From positions 1-54,081 of the IMG/VR virus record IMGVR_UViG_3300020021_000019: a stretch of DNA of 54,081 nt; one strand, 5' to 3'. Under the pieces are notes generated by a model that was not told the DNA's origin, did no database searches, and saw only the letters and a program-made list of their open reading frames with translations. The position numbers and the translations under genes are program-made. Shown here piece after piece: positions 45,696-54,081 of the stretch; position 1 is the first letter of the stretch, and every line of letters begins with the position of its first letter. The DNA comes from a virus (taxonomy: Duplodnaviria > Caudoviricetes).

Positions 45696-45866
45696 TCACG
45701 GACGCACCCACTTGTCGATGGCGATCCAGAGCGCCACGAGCGCAACAATCGGCCAGAGCATTGCCGCCGCGAACGATTTCGCGTGACTGTCCATCGTCGG
45801 GTCGTTCATCTCGTAGCAGGTCGCGGCGAGGAATCCGCCGAGCCACATGCAGATCAGGCCGCTCAT
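45696..45866 (-). CDS. Small membrane protein
   Basis: Manual translation MSGLICMWLGG...AAAMLWPIVALVALWIAI. Confidence 0.55.
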   Translation of the reverse strand: MSGLICMWLGGFLAATCYEMNDPTMDSHAKSFAAAMLWPIVALVALWIAIDKWVRP

Positions 45867-46036
45867 TGCGTGCCTCCTTCAGGGCCTGTCCCGTCCGGGG
45901 ACACCGGGACGGGGGGCGGATCATCGTGGCGCTTGCCGCCGGGTCGGGGCGTGGAAATACTGTTCCGCGCGTTCAGCGTCCAGTACGTCCCACCGATGGC
46001 GGTATAGTTCCGCTCGAACTTCGTCAGCTCAGCCAT
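45863..46036 (-). CDS. Hypothetical protein
   Basis: MAELTKF start with GGAGG RBS. Confidence 0.5.
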   Translation of the reverse strand: MAELTKFERNYTAIGGTYWTLNARNSISTPRPGGKRHDDPPPVPVSPDGTGPEGGTQ

Positions 46037-46679
46037 TGGTCCCCTCCGGCGCGGCAACGGCGCGGAACTCGATGACCCAGACCCATGGATTCGTCGCCCA
46101 GCCGAAGCCGCGCTTGGCGTTGATGGAGTCCCACAAATAGTGGAACGTGTCGCGGTTGTTGACTTGTGGCACCTCGGGATCACCAGCCCGATCTAATTGC
46201 CTTTGATATTCGCACACCGCCTCGTCGGTCAAGCCGTGTATGCCCTCTGCTTGGGCATCCGTCTCGCTGATCTCTTGCAGCCGCTCGACTCGGACCGCCG
46301 TGATCTCCAGTGTGAGCCGCGAGGCCCAGCGGGGCATGTGGATGGACGGCTTCCACGGGCCAGCTTCCCCGTCGCCCTCACGGTCCCACGGGTCAGCCTT
46401 GTATTCGATCCGGGCGTCCAGCGCGACAGGCTGGCGCTCAATTTCGCCGTGGTCGAAGAAGCTCTCCCGCACCCAGAGATGATCGCCGGGTTGGCCGTAG
46501 GGGCAGCGCAGCATCTCGTCTCCATCCTGCCACCGGCCCTCGCAGAGCCACGGATTGTGGTCTCTCGGATCGTCTTTGAAGGCCACCCGCCGCGTCTGAG
46601 TCTTGGTGCCGTCCAGAATGGCGCGGACCATCGGCGAGCTGAACAAGATCGGGCGCTCGCGTACCGCCGTCTCAGCCAT
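46029..46679 (-). CDS. ASCH/PUA-like conserved phage protein
   Basis: ERPILFSSPMVRAILDGTKTQTRR..WKPSIHMPRWASR..NPWVWVIEF. Confidence 0.88.
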   Translation of the reverse strand: MAETAVRERPILFSSPMVRAILDGTKTQTRRVAFKDDPRDHNPWLCEGRWQDGDEMLRCPYGQPGDHLWVRESFFDHGEIERQPVALDARIEYKADPWDREGDGEAGPWKPSIHMPRWASRLTLEITAVRVERLQEISETDAQAEGIHGLTDEAVCEYQRQLDRAGDPEVPQVNNRDTFHYLWDSINAKRGFGWATNPWVWVIEFRAVAAPEGTNG

Positions 46680-47169
46680 TGGCGCCCCCGGGGCGGCGGG
46701 ACCGATACTCGGCGATCACGGCTCGGGACTGCTCCAATGTGATTCGGGATGGCCTGGGGGCAGAGAAGGTCGATGGCCCATACCGTAAGACCTTGGAGAC
46801 CTCGACAACATTCAACGCGAGGCCTTCCAGCCGTGGGTCGGTCGCGTAGCCCAGATCGAGTAGCAGGTTAGCAGCTAGGATCGTGTCGGCGGCGCACTCC
46901 TGGATCGCGGCGGCGCGGGACGCGGCACAAGCGGCGTCGAGGTCGGCTTGGTAGTAGGTGCGGGTCGGGGGCTGGATCAGGTGCGCGGCCAGTGACGACC
47001 CTTCCGGGTCGAGTCGCGCAATCAGGTCACCGATCACATCGACTGGCGGCTTCCACTCGACCGGCTCCGGGGGCTTCGCCATCTTCTGGCTATCGCATGT
47101 CGGGCACGATCCAGCCGACGTAAACTCGGTGCCATGATATGGGCACGGTCCAAAGAATGGTGCGCTCAC
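46672..47169 (-). CDS. Hypothetical protein with N-terminal Zn motif
   Basis: CPYH..CPTC; GTGA coupling. Confidence 0.55.
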   Translation of the reverse strand: MSAPFFGPCPYHGTEFTSAGSCPTCDSQKMAKPPEPVEWKPPVDVIGDLIARLDPEGSSLAAHLIQPPTRTYYQADLDAACAASRAAAIQECAADTILAANLLLDLGYATDPRLEGLALNVVEVSKVLRYGPSTFSAPRPSRITLEQSRAVIAEYRSRRPGGANG

Positions 47170-47453
47170 GGAGCCTCCGAGGCGGGGGCGAGGGCGGCCA
47201 ACGCGGCGCGGCAGACGCACTCGGGAAGCGTACCCGAACTGTGAATCGCCCTGCGATCAGGTTGGGCGGTGAACTCAGCGCTCGTGCCGAACCCCTCGCA
47301 AACCTGCATCTCGCAATCCCACCCCAGCGCGGCCATGCGCTCGACCACCAGTTCCATACCGCTCCACGTCGAGGAGTAGTGGGGCACGATGGCGACCAGC
47401 CAGATCCACCCCATGACCTTCTCGGCCACCTCGGCGTCCAGGTCCCTACTCAT
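47166..47453 (-). CDS. Phage ABA-sandwich (BC1872-like) protein
   Basis: LDAEVAEKVMGW..PHYSST..LVVERM..CRAAL. Confidence 0.8.
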   Translation of the reverse strand: MSRDLDAEVAEKVMGWIWLVAIVPHYSSTWSGMELVVERMAALGWDCEMQVCEGFGTSAEFTAQPDRRAIHSSGTLPECVCRAALAALAPASEAP

Positions 47454-47643
47454 GGCGCCCCTCCGTGCTCGGGGGTGCGGCGCTACAGGAGCAGCCACGG
47501 GACGGCGAGCAGCCGCCGCGATTCGGCTCGGTAAGGTCTCGGCAGGTAAAGCAGACGCCGATATCAGTTCCGGAGCGCCACACCGCGAGCGGCAGGATAT
47601 GGCCGCACCCAAGACAAGCACCAACCTTCGGACTGTCAGGCAT
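47446..47643 (-). CDS. Small zinc-binding protein
   Basis: CLGC..CFTC. Confidence 0.5.
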   Translation of the reverse strand: MPDSPKVGACLGCGHILPLAVWRSGTDIGVCFTCRDLTEPNRGGCSPSRGCSCSAAPPSTEGRHE

Positions 47644-47977
47644 CTTTTCTCTCCCTCTCCCGAAGTGAGCGGCAGTATTCTTCCGCGCCGAGGCGACGAA
47701 ACGCGAGGATGTGGCCGATGGTCGCCTGATGCATTGCGCCGGTCGCACCAAAGGGCTCGGCCGCTGCAATCACTGCGGCAGTAAGATCCTTCGCCGCCTG
47801 ATTCTCCTCTGTGATGACCCCGTAAATCCCCGGATAGCCTTGGAATTGCGGATCAGCTTCCGGGTGCGCCTCCATCCATTCGACGCCAGCCTTGACCATT
47901 GCGCGGCAAGTATCCTCGTAGCCGCCGCCCATGCCGCTGATCTCGCCCATCTCGGGCGTCCATTCGACGTAGCTCAT
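47636..47977 (-). CDS. Hypothetical protein
   Basis: Strong RBS; protein-like composition. Confidence 0.7.
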   Translation of the reverse strand: MSYVEWTPEMGEISGMGGGYEDTCRAMVKAGVEWMEAHPEADPQFQGYPGIYGVITEENQAAKDLTAAVIAAAEPFGATGAMHQATIGHILAFRRLGAEEYCRSLRERERKDA

Positions 47978-48588
47978 ACTCCCTCCTTTCCCGTGCTCGG
48001 GGACGCGGACAACAGCAGCCGAGCAGTCACCGTGGCGGGTGAGTCCTCGAACCACTCGACGCCTTCGGGCATTCCGTCGAAGTGCGTCACGGTGCCTTGC
48101 ATCGCCCCAACGCCGAGCCGTTCAGCCTCTGCGGCAACCGCGCCCTCCGTGTACCACTGGCGAGTGCCCGGCACACTGAGACCATTCTTGAGCGCCCACA
48201 GCCCCAGCCGGGCCAGTGGCGTCAGCGCGGCGGCGGCCTGCTCGGCGGCGGTGAGCTTGGCCGTCAGTGCCTCGATGCGGTGCAGATACCCGACGCCCCG
48301 CGTGCCGCAGTCCTCAATCTGGCGCGACAGGTCGGCCGTGATGCGCTGGCTCTCGTCCGCCCGTGCCTCGGCGGCGGTGAGGCGGGACTCGGCAGACGAC
48401 AGGGCCGCGTGATAACGGTTGAGCATGTCCAGCATCCGAACCGCAACAGTGCCGGAGTCGAGCCGAAAGGTCACAGTGTAGGGGAAATTGACGCCGTGCT
48501 CAGTCACCTGCCACGGACCTACGTGACCTTCCGGCAACTCAGGCGGCAGGTCCGTCATGGCCTGGATCGGCAGCGGGTCAGCCATCAT
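47974..48588 (-). CDS. Coiled-coil hypothetical protein
   Basis: Heptad-rich centre. Confidence 0.65.
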   Translation of the reverse strand: MMADPLPIQAMTDLPPELPEGHVGPWQVTEHGVNFPYTVTFRLDSGTVAVRMLDMLNRYHAALSSAESRLTAAEARADESQRITADLSRQIEDCGTRGVGYLHRIEALTAKLTAAEQAAAALTPLARLGLWALKNGLSVPGTRQWYTEGAVAAEAERLGVGAMQGTVTHFDGMPEGVEWFEDSPATVTARLLLSASPSTGKEGV

Positions 48589-48886
48589 GTTTTCCGTTCC
48601 AGTCCGCATAGGGCGTTACCGGGAGACCTTGTTTGAGCCGGTATTGGCGATAGCCAACCCAGCGGAATGAGACGAGTTGGGCACCGGCTGCAATCGCCAG
48701 CGCCCGCTTTGACAGCGCAATATCGAAATGCACTTCCACGGGATGCCCCTCCGGCTTCTGAATCCACTTTCGCGCCACGCCGATCGTGTCAGCCATCGCC
48801 AGCAATTCCTCGCGAGTGTCGGCCACCATATGGCACATCTTCATCCGACCGAATGGGGCTTCCATGTCGTCCACGTAGACACTCAT
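48578..48886 (-). CDS. DUF4031 protein
   Basis: MSVYVDD..GRMKMCHMVADTREEL..HFDI..KRALAI. Confidence 0.9.
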   Translation of the reverse strand: MSVYVDDMEAPFGRMKMCHMVADTREELLAMADTIGVARKWIQKPEGHPVEVHFDIALSKRALAIAAGAQLVSFRWVGYRQYRLKQGLPVTPYADWNGKHDG

Positions 48887-48931
48887 CGTCCCGTCTCGCT
48901 CGTTTCGTGGATCGGCAGCGGGTCGCGTGGC

Positions 48932-49243
48932 TCAGGCGTCGGCATGATGCAGCCACCTTCCGATAGTCTTGGCCTTGGCATCCTCAAACTCGTCGGCCAG
49001 CTCGTCATTGAGGATTCCAGCGCCCCACGCTCGCTTGAGAGCATGGCGAAGGTGGCCGACCTCCTTCGCGAGGAAGCGCCGATTGTCGCCCGCTTCCGGG
49101 TCGAGCGGGTTGCGGGACTCCAGCCCGTGCCGCTGAATCTTGGTCACGGCCTGAATTACCTCGGCACACTCCTCGGCGATCAGGGCCAGAATCTCCGCGT
49201 CCTGTGGCGAGAGTCCGTTAAAGTGTTTCTCAGGCGTCGGCAT
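48932..49243 (-). CDS. MazG-like nucleotide pyrophosphohydrolase
   Basis: IAEECAEVIQAVTKIQRHG..LAKEVGH. Confidence 0.75.
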   Translation of the reverse strand: MPTPEKHFNGLSPQDAEILALIAEECAEVIQAVTKIQRHGLESRNPLDPEAGDNRRFLAKEVGHLRHALKRAWGAGILNDELADEFEDAKAKTIGRWLHHADA

Positions 49244-49964
49244 GGGCCGGAGCCTCCGGGAAAGTATCGGCCAGGTTCGCGTGGACCTTGGTGAAATGAG
49301 CGGCGGCCTCTGCCCATTGCTGGCGACCGCACGCCTCGCACTGCAACTGCTCGTCACCGCCATCAGTCCAGCCGGGAAAGCCGGGACCGCACTGTGGGCA
49401 GCCCTTCGTCGCCGCTGTCAGCCATGTCTCCCGAATCGCGTCCGCCCGCGCCTCGTCCCGCTCCCGCGCCACAGCGGCGAAGGCGGCGTCCTTGGCGGCG
49501 AAGGCGGCGAGGATCTGCGCTTGAAGCGTCTCCTTGTCCCGGTCGGATTCTTTCGATGCCCAAAGGTTGCCGCGCTCATAACTGCATGCGGAGTTTTCGG
49601 CCGCGAGACACGCCTCCCGGATAAGGTCCACCATCTCCTCGGGTGCCATCCGGGCCAGCCGCTCGACCGTGGCCGACTCCGACGCGGCAAGGTGGCCCCT
49701 GACCGTTCCGTCATCTGGAATACCCGTCGCGATTACCCGCATGGCTTCGCTCAACGGCATTGCCAAGTCGTCGCGCTCGGACGTGAAGTCGGCAATCTGC
49801 GCCTTGGCCTGCTGCTCGGTGTACAGGCCAGCGTTGAGTAGTTGGCCGGTGTAGCCGATGCCCTCTGCTCGCCAGAAGATTTCTTCCCGTGGCTTGTAGA
49901 TCACCCACGGCTCGGCGCTGCCCGGCGTTGGGGCGGAGGGGGAATCAGCAGACAAGTCGGACAT
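49230..49964 (-). CDS. Hypothetical protein
   Basis: FWRAEGIGYT..AGLYT motif; C-terminal CxxC pair. Confidence 0.65.
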   Translation of the reverse strand: MSDLSADSPSAPTPGSAEPWVIYKPREEIFWRAEGIGYTGQLLNAGLYTEQQAKAQIADFTSERDDLAMPLSEAMRVIATGIPDDGTVRGHLAASESATVERLARMAPEEMVDLIREACLAAENSACSYERGNLWASKESDRDKETLQAQILAAFAAKDAAFAAVARERDEARADAIRETWLTAATKGCPQCGPGFPGWTDGGDEQLQCEACGRQQWAEAAAHFTKVHANLADTFPEAPAHADA

Positions 49965-50172
49965 GCACGAATCCTTCCCGTTGAGCGCAGGGCACCCGTT
50001 CATCGGCGCCTGCGAGAGTGGCGTGGCCCTGCCTGGCGACCTGCCAGCCGTGGGTCGTTCCGGCCAGGATCTCGCGGTCGGCAAACTCCTTGACCGCTTC
50101 GTCATCCCATTCGGTCGGGACACAAACCTGCATATCGAGCATCCCTGATTGGGTCACTTGCGCGCCGCTCAT
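49945..50172 (-). CDS. Hypothetical protein
   Basis: MQVCVP..AGTTHGW..C..REGFVH. Confidence 0.65.
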   Translation of the reverse strand: MSGAQVTQSGMLDMQVCVPTEWDDEAVKEFADREILAGTTHGWQVARQGHATLAGADERVPCAQREGFVHVRLVC

Positions 50173-51008
50173 TGCCCGGCTCTCCCGAGGGCGACAATCA
50201 GGGTGTCCGCCGTGTGGCGCTGGCCGCGGAGCGCGTCGATCCTGGCCTTCAGGTAGCGCGGGCCGAACAGGGCGAACGCGGCGCGGAGGGCGACGCACTG
50301 CGCTCCCGTCATCTCCCGCTTCATTCCCTGATCGCCGAGAGAATTGTAGAACGCCTGCTGCTCTTTGCCGCTGGGCCAGAACGATGTGCCCTTGCAGCGC
50401 TCGCTGAACGGCTCTGTGTCCGCCTCGTGGGCCGCTGGGGGCGCGACCGGGTACGCATCACCGGAGCGGCGGCCCGCCAGCCCGCCCCACTCTAATGCGA
50501 GTCGGGAGAGATGACTCGTCCCAGCGTTAGGCCGGCGCCAGTACCCTCTTCCGGTAGCACGGTGACTGTCCTCCCACGGCCTCACCCGCCGATTCGCCTC
50601 CCCGTGTCGCCGCTCCTCGCCGATCCACTTGCCTTCCCGGCTCGTCCCCTCGGGCACGGGTTCCCGCAGGGACCGGCGGTCGGAAGCGGGAACATGGTTG
50701 CGACTGATCTTGGCCCAGCCCTCGGCCTCCCTGAACGCCCAATAGTGGCGGCCCCTGTAGATCAGGCCATCGGTCCAATCAACCTTCCGCCGCTCACCCT
50801 TGCGCTCATCGGCCACCATGCTCACGGAACAGCCGCCACCAGTAGCGTTACCCCACACCTTCCGGCGCTCGTACCGCTTCTCCTGCGGCGCCACGGCCCG
50901 GAGGCCAGCGGCGTGCAGGCTCTCGATAAACTCGGCAGTCCAGTAGCCACCACGGGCCACCAACGCCGTGCGAATCGCCTCGATTTCGTCGCGTGCGGCG
51001 GGCGTCAT
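50169..51008 (-). CDS. Hypothetical protein with repeated (D/E)RR motifs
   Basis: ERRK, ERRK, DRRS, ERRH, NRRV, GRRS. Confidence 0.6.
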   Translation of the reverse strand: MTPAARDEIEAIRTALVARGGYWTAEFIESLHAAGLRAVAPQEKRYERRKVWGNATGGGCSVSMVADERKGERRKVDWTDGLIYRGRHYWAFREAEGWAKISRNHVPASDRRSLREPVPEGTSREGKWIGEERRHGEANRRVRPWEDSHRATGRGYWRRPNAGTSHLSRLALEWGGLAGRRSGDAYPVAPPAAHEADTEPFSERCKGTSFWPSGKEQQAFYNSLGDQGMKREMTGAQCVALRAAFALFGPRYLKARIDALRGQRHTADTLIVALGRAGQ

Positions 51009-51166
51009 CGGATCAATGGGAGCCTCGCCGGGTCGATGCCGTACTCATCGCACACCCAGCGGAGCACCTTGGGCCTATCCTGCCACTCCAGATCCTCCAG
51101 CGCGTGGAGCGACCGGTCGAGTGCCAGCGCCAACTTCCGGCGCTTTGAAATCAGTTGCGTTGCCAT
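51005..51166 (-). CDS. Small hypothetical protein
   Basis: AGGAGG RBS; MATQLISKRR..; coupled stop. Confidence 0.6.
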   Translation of the reverse strand: MATQLISKRRKLALALDRSLHALEDLEWQDRPKVLRWVCDEYGIDPARLPLIR

Positions 51167-51187
51167 GTCTCGCGCTCCTCCTGGGGG

Positions 51188-51568
51188 TTAGGCGGGGACC
51201 GAATGTGATTCCGCGCTGTCGGAGCAGATGAGGTCGCAGAGAGCCTCATGCGCCTTGCGAAGTGCGGCGCGATGCTTTTCGCCCACGTTCCTGAGGGGCA
51301 CCTTCGCCGTCATCTTCGTGCGTTCATTGCGGACCTCAATCCACACCATCTTCTCGCGGGGCGGCTTGCGAAATGCGGAGCCTTCAGGCGGCCGAGTCTG
51401 CGAGAGACGGGAATCCTCGTTCGTCCACTCGGGACTATCCGCAGTGATGGCGTCATTGCGATGGTTACCACGGTGCCCTGCCTTTTTCTGGCAGGGCCAG
51501 CGGAGCCAGAACTTGCCGCTCCGACCGCAAATAATCGTATTGGGGCACTGGTCTTTCATCGGGCGCAA
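51188..51568 (-). CDS. Hypothetical protein
   Basis: CG..CQKKAGHRGNH metal-binding motif. Confidence 0.55.
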   Translation of the reverse strand: MRPMKDQCPNTIICGRSGKFWLRWPCQKKAGHRGNHRNDAITADSPEWTNEDSRLSQTRPPEGSAFRKPPREKMVWIEVRNERTKMTAKVPLRNVGEKHRAALRKAHEALCDLICSDSAESHSVPA

Positions 51569-51825
51569 TCTCCCTTGCTCATTGGTTTAGGACACAGACT
51601 CGTCAGCGGGGCCCGCAGGGCAATGGCGATCCGCCACGCTACGTCGATGGCGAGAACCTGCTGGCCGAGTTCGATGAAACCGAATGTCGCCCTAGAAATG
51701 CCAACCATCTCGGCGACCCTCGTTTGATTCAGTCCGCGCCGCTTCCTCGCCTTGCGGATTAGTAGCCCACACTCAGCGCGGAAATCCTTCTTGTCGTTCT
51801 CGGTCCACTGGTGCTCCGCTGCCAT
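51556..51825 (-). CDS. Xre-family HTH protein
   Basis: IRKARKRRGLNQTRVAEMVGISRATFGFIELG. Confidence 0.88.
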   Translation of the reverse strand: MAAEHQWTENDKKDFRAECGLLIRKARKRRGLNQTRVAEMVGISRATFGFIELGQQVLAIDVAWRIAIALRAPLTSLCPKPMSKGDCAR

Positions 51826-51853
51826 TGTCGCGCTCCTGTGTCGGTGCTGGGGG

Positions 51854-52201
51854 TTAGGCCGAGCGGTCCTGCCAGGCCGTTTCGGCCAAATACCGCTCCG
51901 TGAACTCATGGGCCAGGGCCTTCAGGCAGACGCCGTACTTCCGCTCGAAGGACTTGATCCCGTCTTCCTGTTCGCCGTGGTGCCGCCGGCACCCGGGGTA
52001 GACATTGTGCTCATCGCGGCCACCGGCTCCCCGCGTCTTGACGTGGCAACAGTCAGAGACCAGTCGGTTGCCTTCCCGCAGAAACCCGTCGCATTCGCAG
52101 GGCGTTCGGCCGGCCAAGATGCACGGTTGCCGGCGGATGAAGGCCCGCAATCCGTGATTCGGGACGATAGGCTCCGGCTTGGGAATCGAGGAGCGGATCA
52201 T
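51854..52201 (-). CDS. HNH nuclease (DUF968-like)
   Basis: FIRRQPC..CHVKTRGAGG..PGCRRHHGEQ. Confidence 0.8.
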   Translation of the reverse strand: MIRSSIPKPEPIVPNHGLRAFIRRQPCILAGRTPCECDGFLREGNRLVSDCCHVKTRGAGGRDEHNVYPGCRRHHGEQEDGIKSFERKYGVCLKALAHEFTERYLAETAWQDRSA

Positions 52202-52596
52202 GCCGCCCTCCGGTATACCATCTGAGAATTTCCATGGCTCTTGAGTATGAAGCTCCTGCGCCGCTCGCCCGTCGGTTCCAACCCGTCCCGGCGCATCACG
52301 GTGGGCAGGAAGCTCAGGAACCGCTGGTCACTGCTCTTGGGGATGAGGCCCCGCAACTCGCCGTAGTAGCGGACGTCGGCCGGGATGATGCCGGCTCGGC
52401 CCGCCTTGTCGGCCAGCTCCCGCGCGATCGGGACGAGCTTGGCGATCAACTCTTCCTTCCCGGCTGAGGCCTGGGCCAAGCCCTCACGCCCAGCCGCGAT
52501 CGAGCGGGCCGGATCCGGCTTCCGGGTCAGCTGGTCGAACAGGCCGAACGTTGCCTGCTGGCTCGGCAGCAACGGCTTCACGTCGCGGCGCTTCAT
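52198..52596 (-). CDS. Hypothetical protein
   Basis: MKRRDV start; coupled ends. Confidence 0.65.
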   Translation of the reverse strand: MKRRDVKPLLPSQQATFGLFDQLTRKPDPARSIAAGREGLAQASAGKEELIAKLVPIARELADKAGRAGIIPADVRYYGELRGLIPKSSDQRFLSFLPTVMRRDGLEPTGERRRSFILKSHGNSQMVYRRAA

Positions 52597-52778
52597 GCGG
52601 GTCTCTTCTTCGGTTGGAGCGACCGTCCGTGCCGGGCCGGGTAGTCCTCTTCGTTCCGTCGCCGACCACCCATGCCGCGCGCATTGAGCTGGGTCCGGCG
52701 ATTGTCCTTGAACGGACCTCCGCACTCGGCGCACTCGCACAGGTACTGGCGGCGGTCCCGATCGGCCCGGCGCTTCAT
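52593..52778 (-). CDS. Small zinc-binding protein
   Basis: CECAEC; coupled ends. Confidence 0.5.
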   Translation of the reverse strand: MKRRADRDRRQYLCECAECGGPFKDNRRTQLNARGMGGRRRNEEDYPARHGRSLQPKKRPA

Positions 52779-53884
52779 GCGGCACCCGAGACGTCTGGGC
52801 TGATCCGCTTCCGCGCGAGCTCGATATAGGCCGGCTTGAGGTCGATGTGGACTGCCGCGCGTCCCAGGCCGAGCGCCACCTTCGCCGTGGTGCCGGCGCC
52901 GCCGAACGGGTCGAGCACGGTGTCGCCGATAGCCGAGCCCGCCAGAATGCAGCGCCGCGGGATTTCCTCGGGGAAGGTGGCGAAGTGGGCACCCTTGTAC
53001 GGCTTGCAGTTGATTGTCCAGACGGATCGTGCGTTGCGAGTCTCAGGGTTCACCCCAAATCGACGGGTCGATTTTCCCGTCTGCCGGTGGCCACCGCTCA
53101 GGCCATCCGTGCCCGGATCGAATCGAGCCTCGGCCCCGGTCGTGGACACCTCGGCAATCGCGGCCGCGTTGAAGTAGTACCGGCGCTGTTTGGCGAAGAG
53201 GAACAGGTATTCATGGGCCCGGGTGGGCCGGTCCCGGACGCTCTCAGGCATCGGGTTCCGCTTGTGCCAGATGATGTCCTGCCGGAGCACCCAGCCATCC
53301 TCCTGAAGCGCGAAGGCCGCCCGCCAAGGGAGCCCCAGCAAGCTCTTCAGTGGCAGCCCGCCGAACGCTCGGCGAACGGTGGTGTTCCGGCTCTCCCGCT
53401 GGTTGTCGCGGGAACCTTCCAGCGTTGAGCCGGCATCCGAGCCCCGCCCGCCATCGGTGTAGCAATCCCCGAGGTTGAGCCAAAGGGTTCCATCCGGGGT
53501 GAGGACCCGCCGCACTTCCCGGAAGATCTCGACCAGCCTGGCCACGTACTCCGCCGGCGAATCTTCCACTCCGACCTGGTGGTCGATCCGCCTGGCCCCG
53601 CACGGGCATTGCGAACGGACAGGAACGGCGTAGGCAGATTTGGCCGGCTGACCGCCCCGAGTATTCGAGAACCGACCATGGCCCTCGCCGGCGCCGGTGG
53701 TGTCGTTGCGCGGCTTCACCCGCCCGCGGTGAGGACAGTCCGGCTCCCCGCCTTCCCACTGGCCGGTTCCGTAGTCCCGGAGCCCCCAGTACGGCGGACT
53801 GGTCACACAGACGCGGGCCGAGGCCTCCGGCAGTGTCCGGAGAACCGTGGGCGCATGGCCGGTGAGCAGTTGGAGCGAAGTCAT
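52775..53884 (-). CDS. DNA N6-adenine/N4-cytosine methyltransferase (beta class)
   Basis: TSPPY catalytic motif, IIWHK, HFATFP, VLDPFGGAGTT. Confidence 0.95.
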   Translation of the reverse strand: MTSLQLLTGHAPTVLRTLPEASARVCVTSPPYWGLRDYGTGQWEGGEPDCPHRGRVKPRNDTTGAGEGHGRFSNTRGGQPAKSAYAVPVRSQCPCGARRIDHQVGVEDSPAEYVARLVEIFREVRRVLTPDGTLWLNLGDCYTDGGRGSDAGSTLEGSRDNQRESRNTTVRRAFGGLPLKSLLGLPWRAAFALQEDGWVLRQDIIWHKRNPMPESVRDRPTRAHEYLFLFAKQRRYYFNAAAIAEVSTTGAEARFDPGTDGLSGGHRQTGKSTRRFGVNPETRNARSVWTINCKPYKGAHFATFPEEIPRRCILAGSAIGDTVLDPFGGAGTTAKVALGLGRAAVHIDLKPAYIELARKRISPDVSGAA

Positions 53885-53945
53885 ACGGCCGGTACCTCCT
53901 CGATCTTCCAGCCCTTGGTCTTGCGATCGCGAGTCACCGACCGGA

Positions 53946-54081
53946 AGACGTAGCAGTCATGGATCACCGCGGCCGTCTTGATCTTGACCCGCGCATCGTC
54001 CTCCCAGAACCCCTTTACCTCGTGATACTCCTCCGTGCCGTCGACCAGGATCACCCGATAGTCCGGCGTGTCGAACGTGAG
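53946..54081. repeat. Terminal direct repeat, copy 2
   Basis: Matches 1-136 with one mismatch. Confidence 0.97.

Larger units (their letters stand above)
1..54081. mobile_element. Complete temperate siphovirus genome in circular (excised) form
   Basis: Terminase, portal, capsid, tail tube, TMP, lysis, integrase, intact attP and repressor all present; no sheath gene; a gene reads across the end overlap. Confidence 0.95.

Overview
This window is a complete, circularly assembled genome of a temperate, high-GC siphovirus. Bases 1-136 recur at 53946-54081 with one mismatch, so the unit length is about 53,945 bp. Nearly all real genes are on the minus strand. In transcription order: a divergent switch at about 7.3 kb (Xre repressor on +, RHH Cro-like gene on -); early genes (SSB-like protein, LexA-DBD protein, C5 and N6/N4 DNA methyltransferases, ASCH, HNH, MazG-like, DUF4031) running across the assembly junction; xis and tyrosine integrase; an attP whose core is the 3' half of tRNA-Ile(GAT); HerA-like ATPase and replication initiator; terminase, portal and head genes; an accessory secreted/structural block; tail genes (with a G/GT -1 frameshift, TMP and a glycoside-hydrolase/beta-propeller tail tip); and lysis genes. 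The style of the Ig-domain lipoprotein and secreted proteins suggests a Gemmatimonadota-like host (inference only). The most unusual signals are: (i) five GCGA(U/G)-loop hairpins whose last member overlaps an intrinsic terminator in front of the capsid genes, an attenuator-like layout; (ii) an intact single-domain response regulator inside the lysis cassette; (iii) a tRNA-like RNA with no anticodon arm; (iv) single-gene cassettes flanked by start-codon-anchored direct repeats; (v) an attP that separates the early operon from the replication and late genes. All family assignments come from motif recognition by eye; no database search was run.
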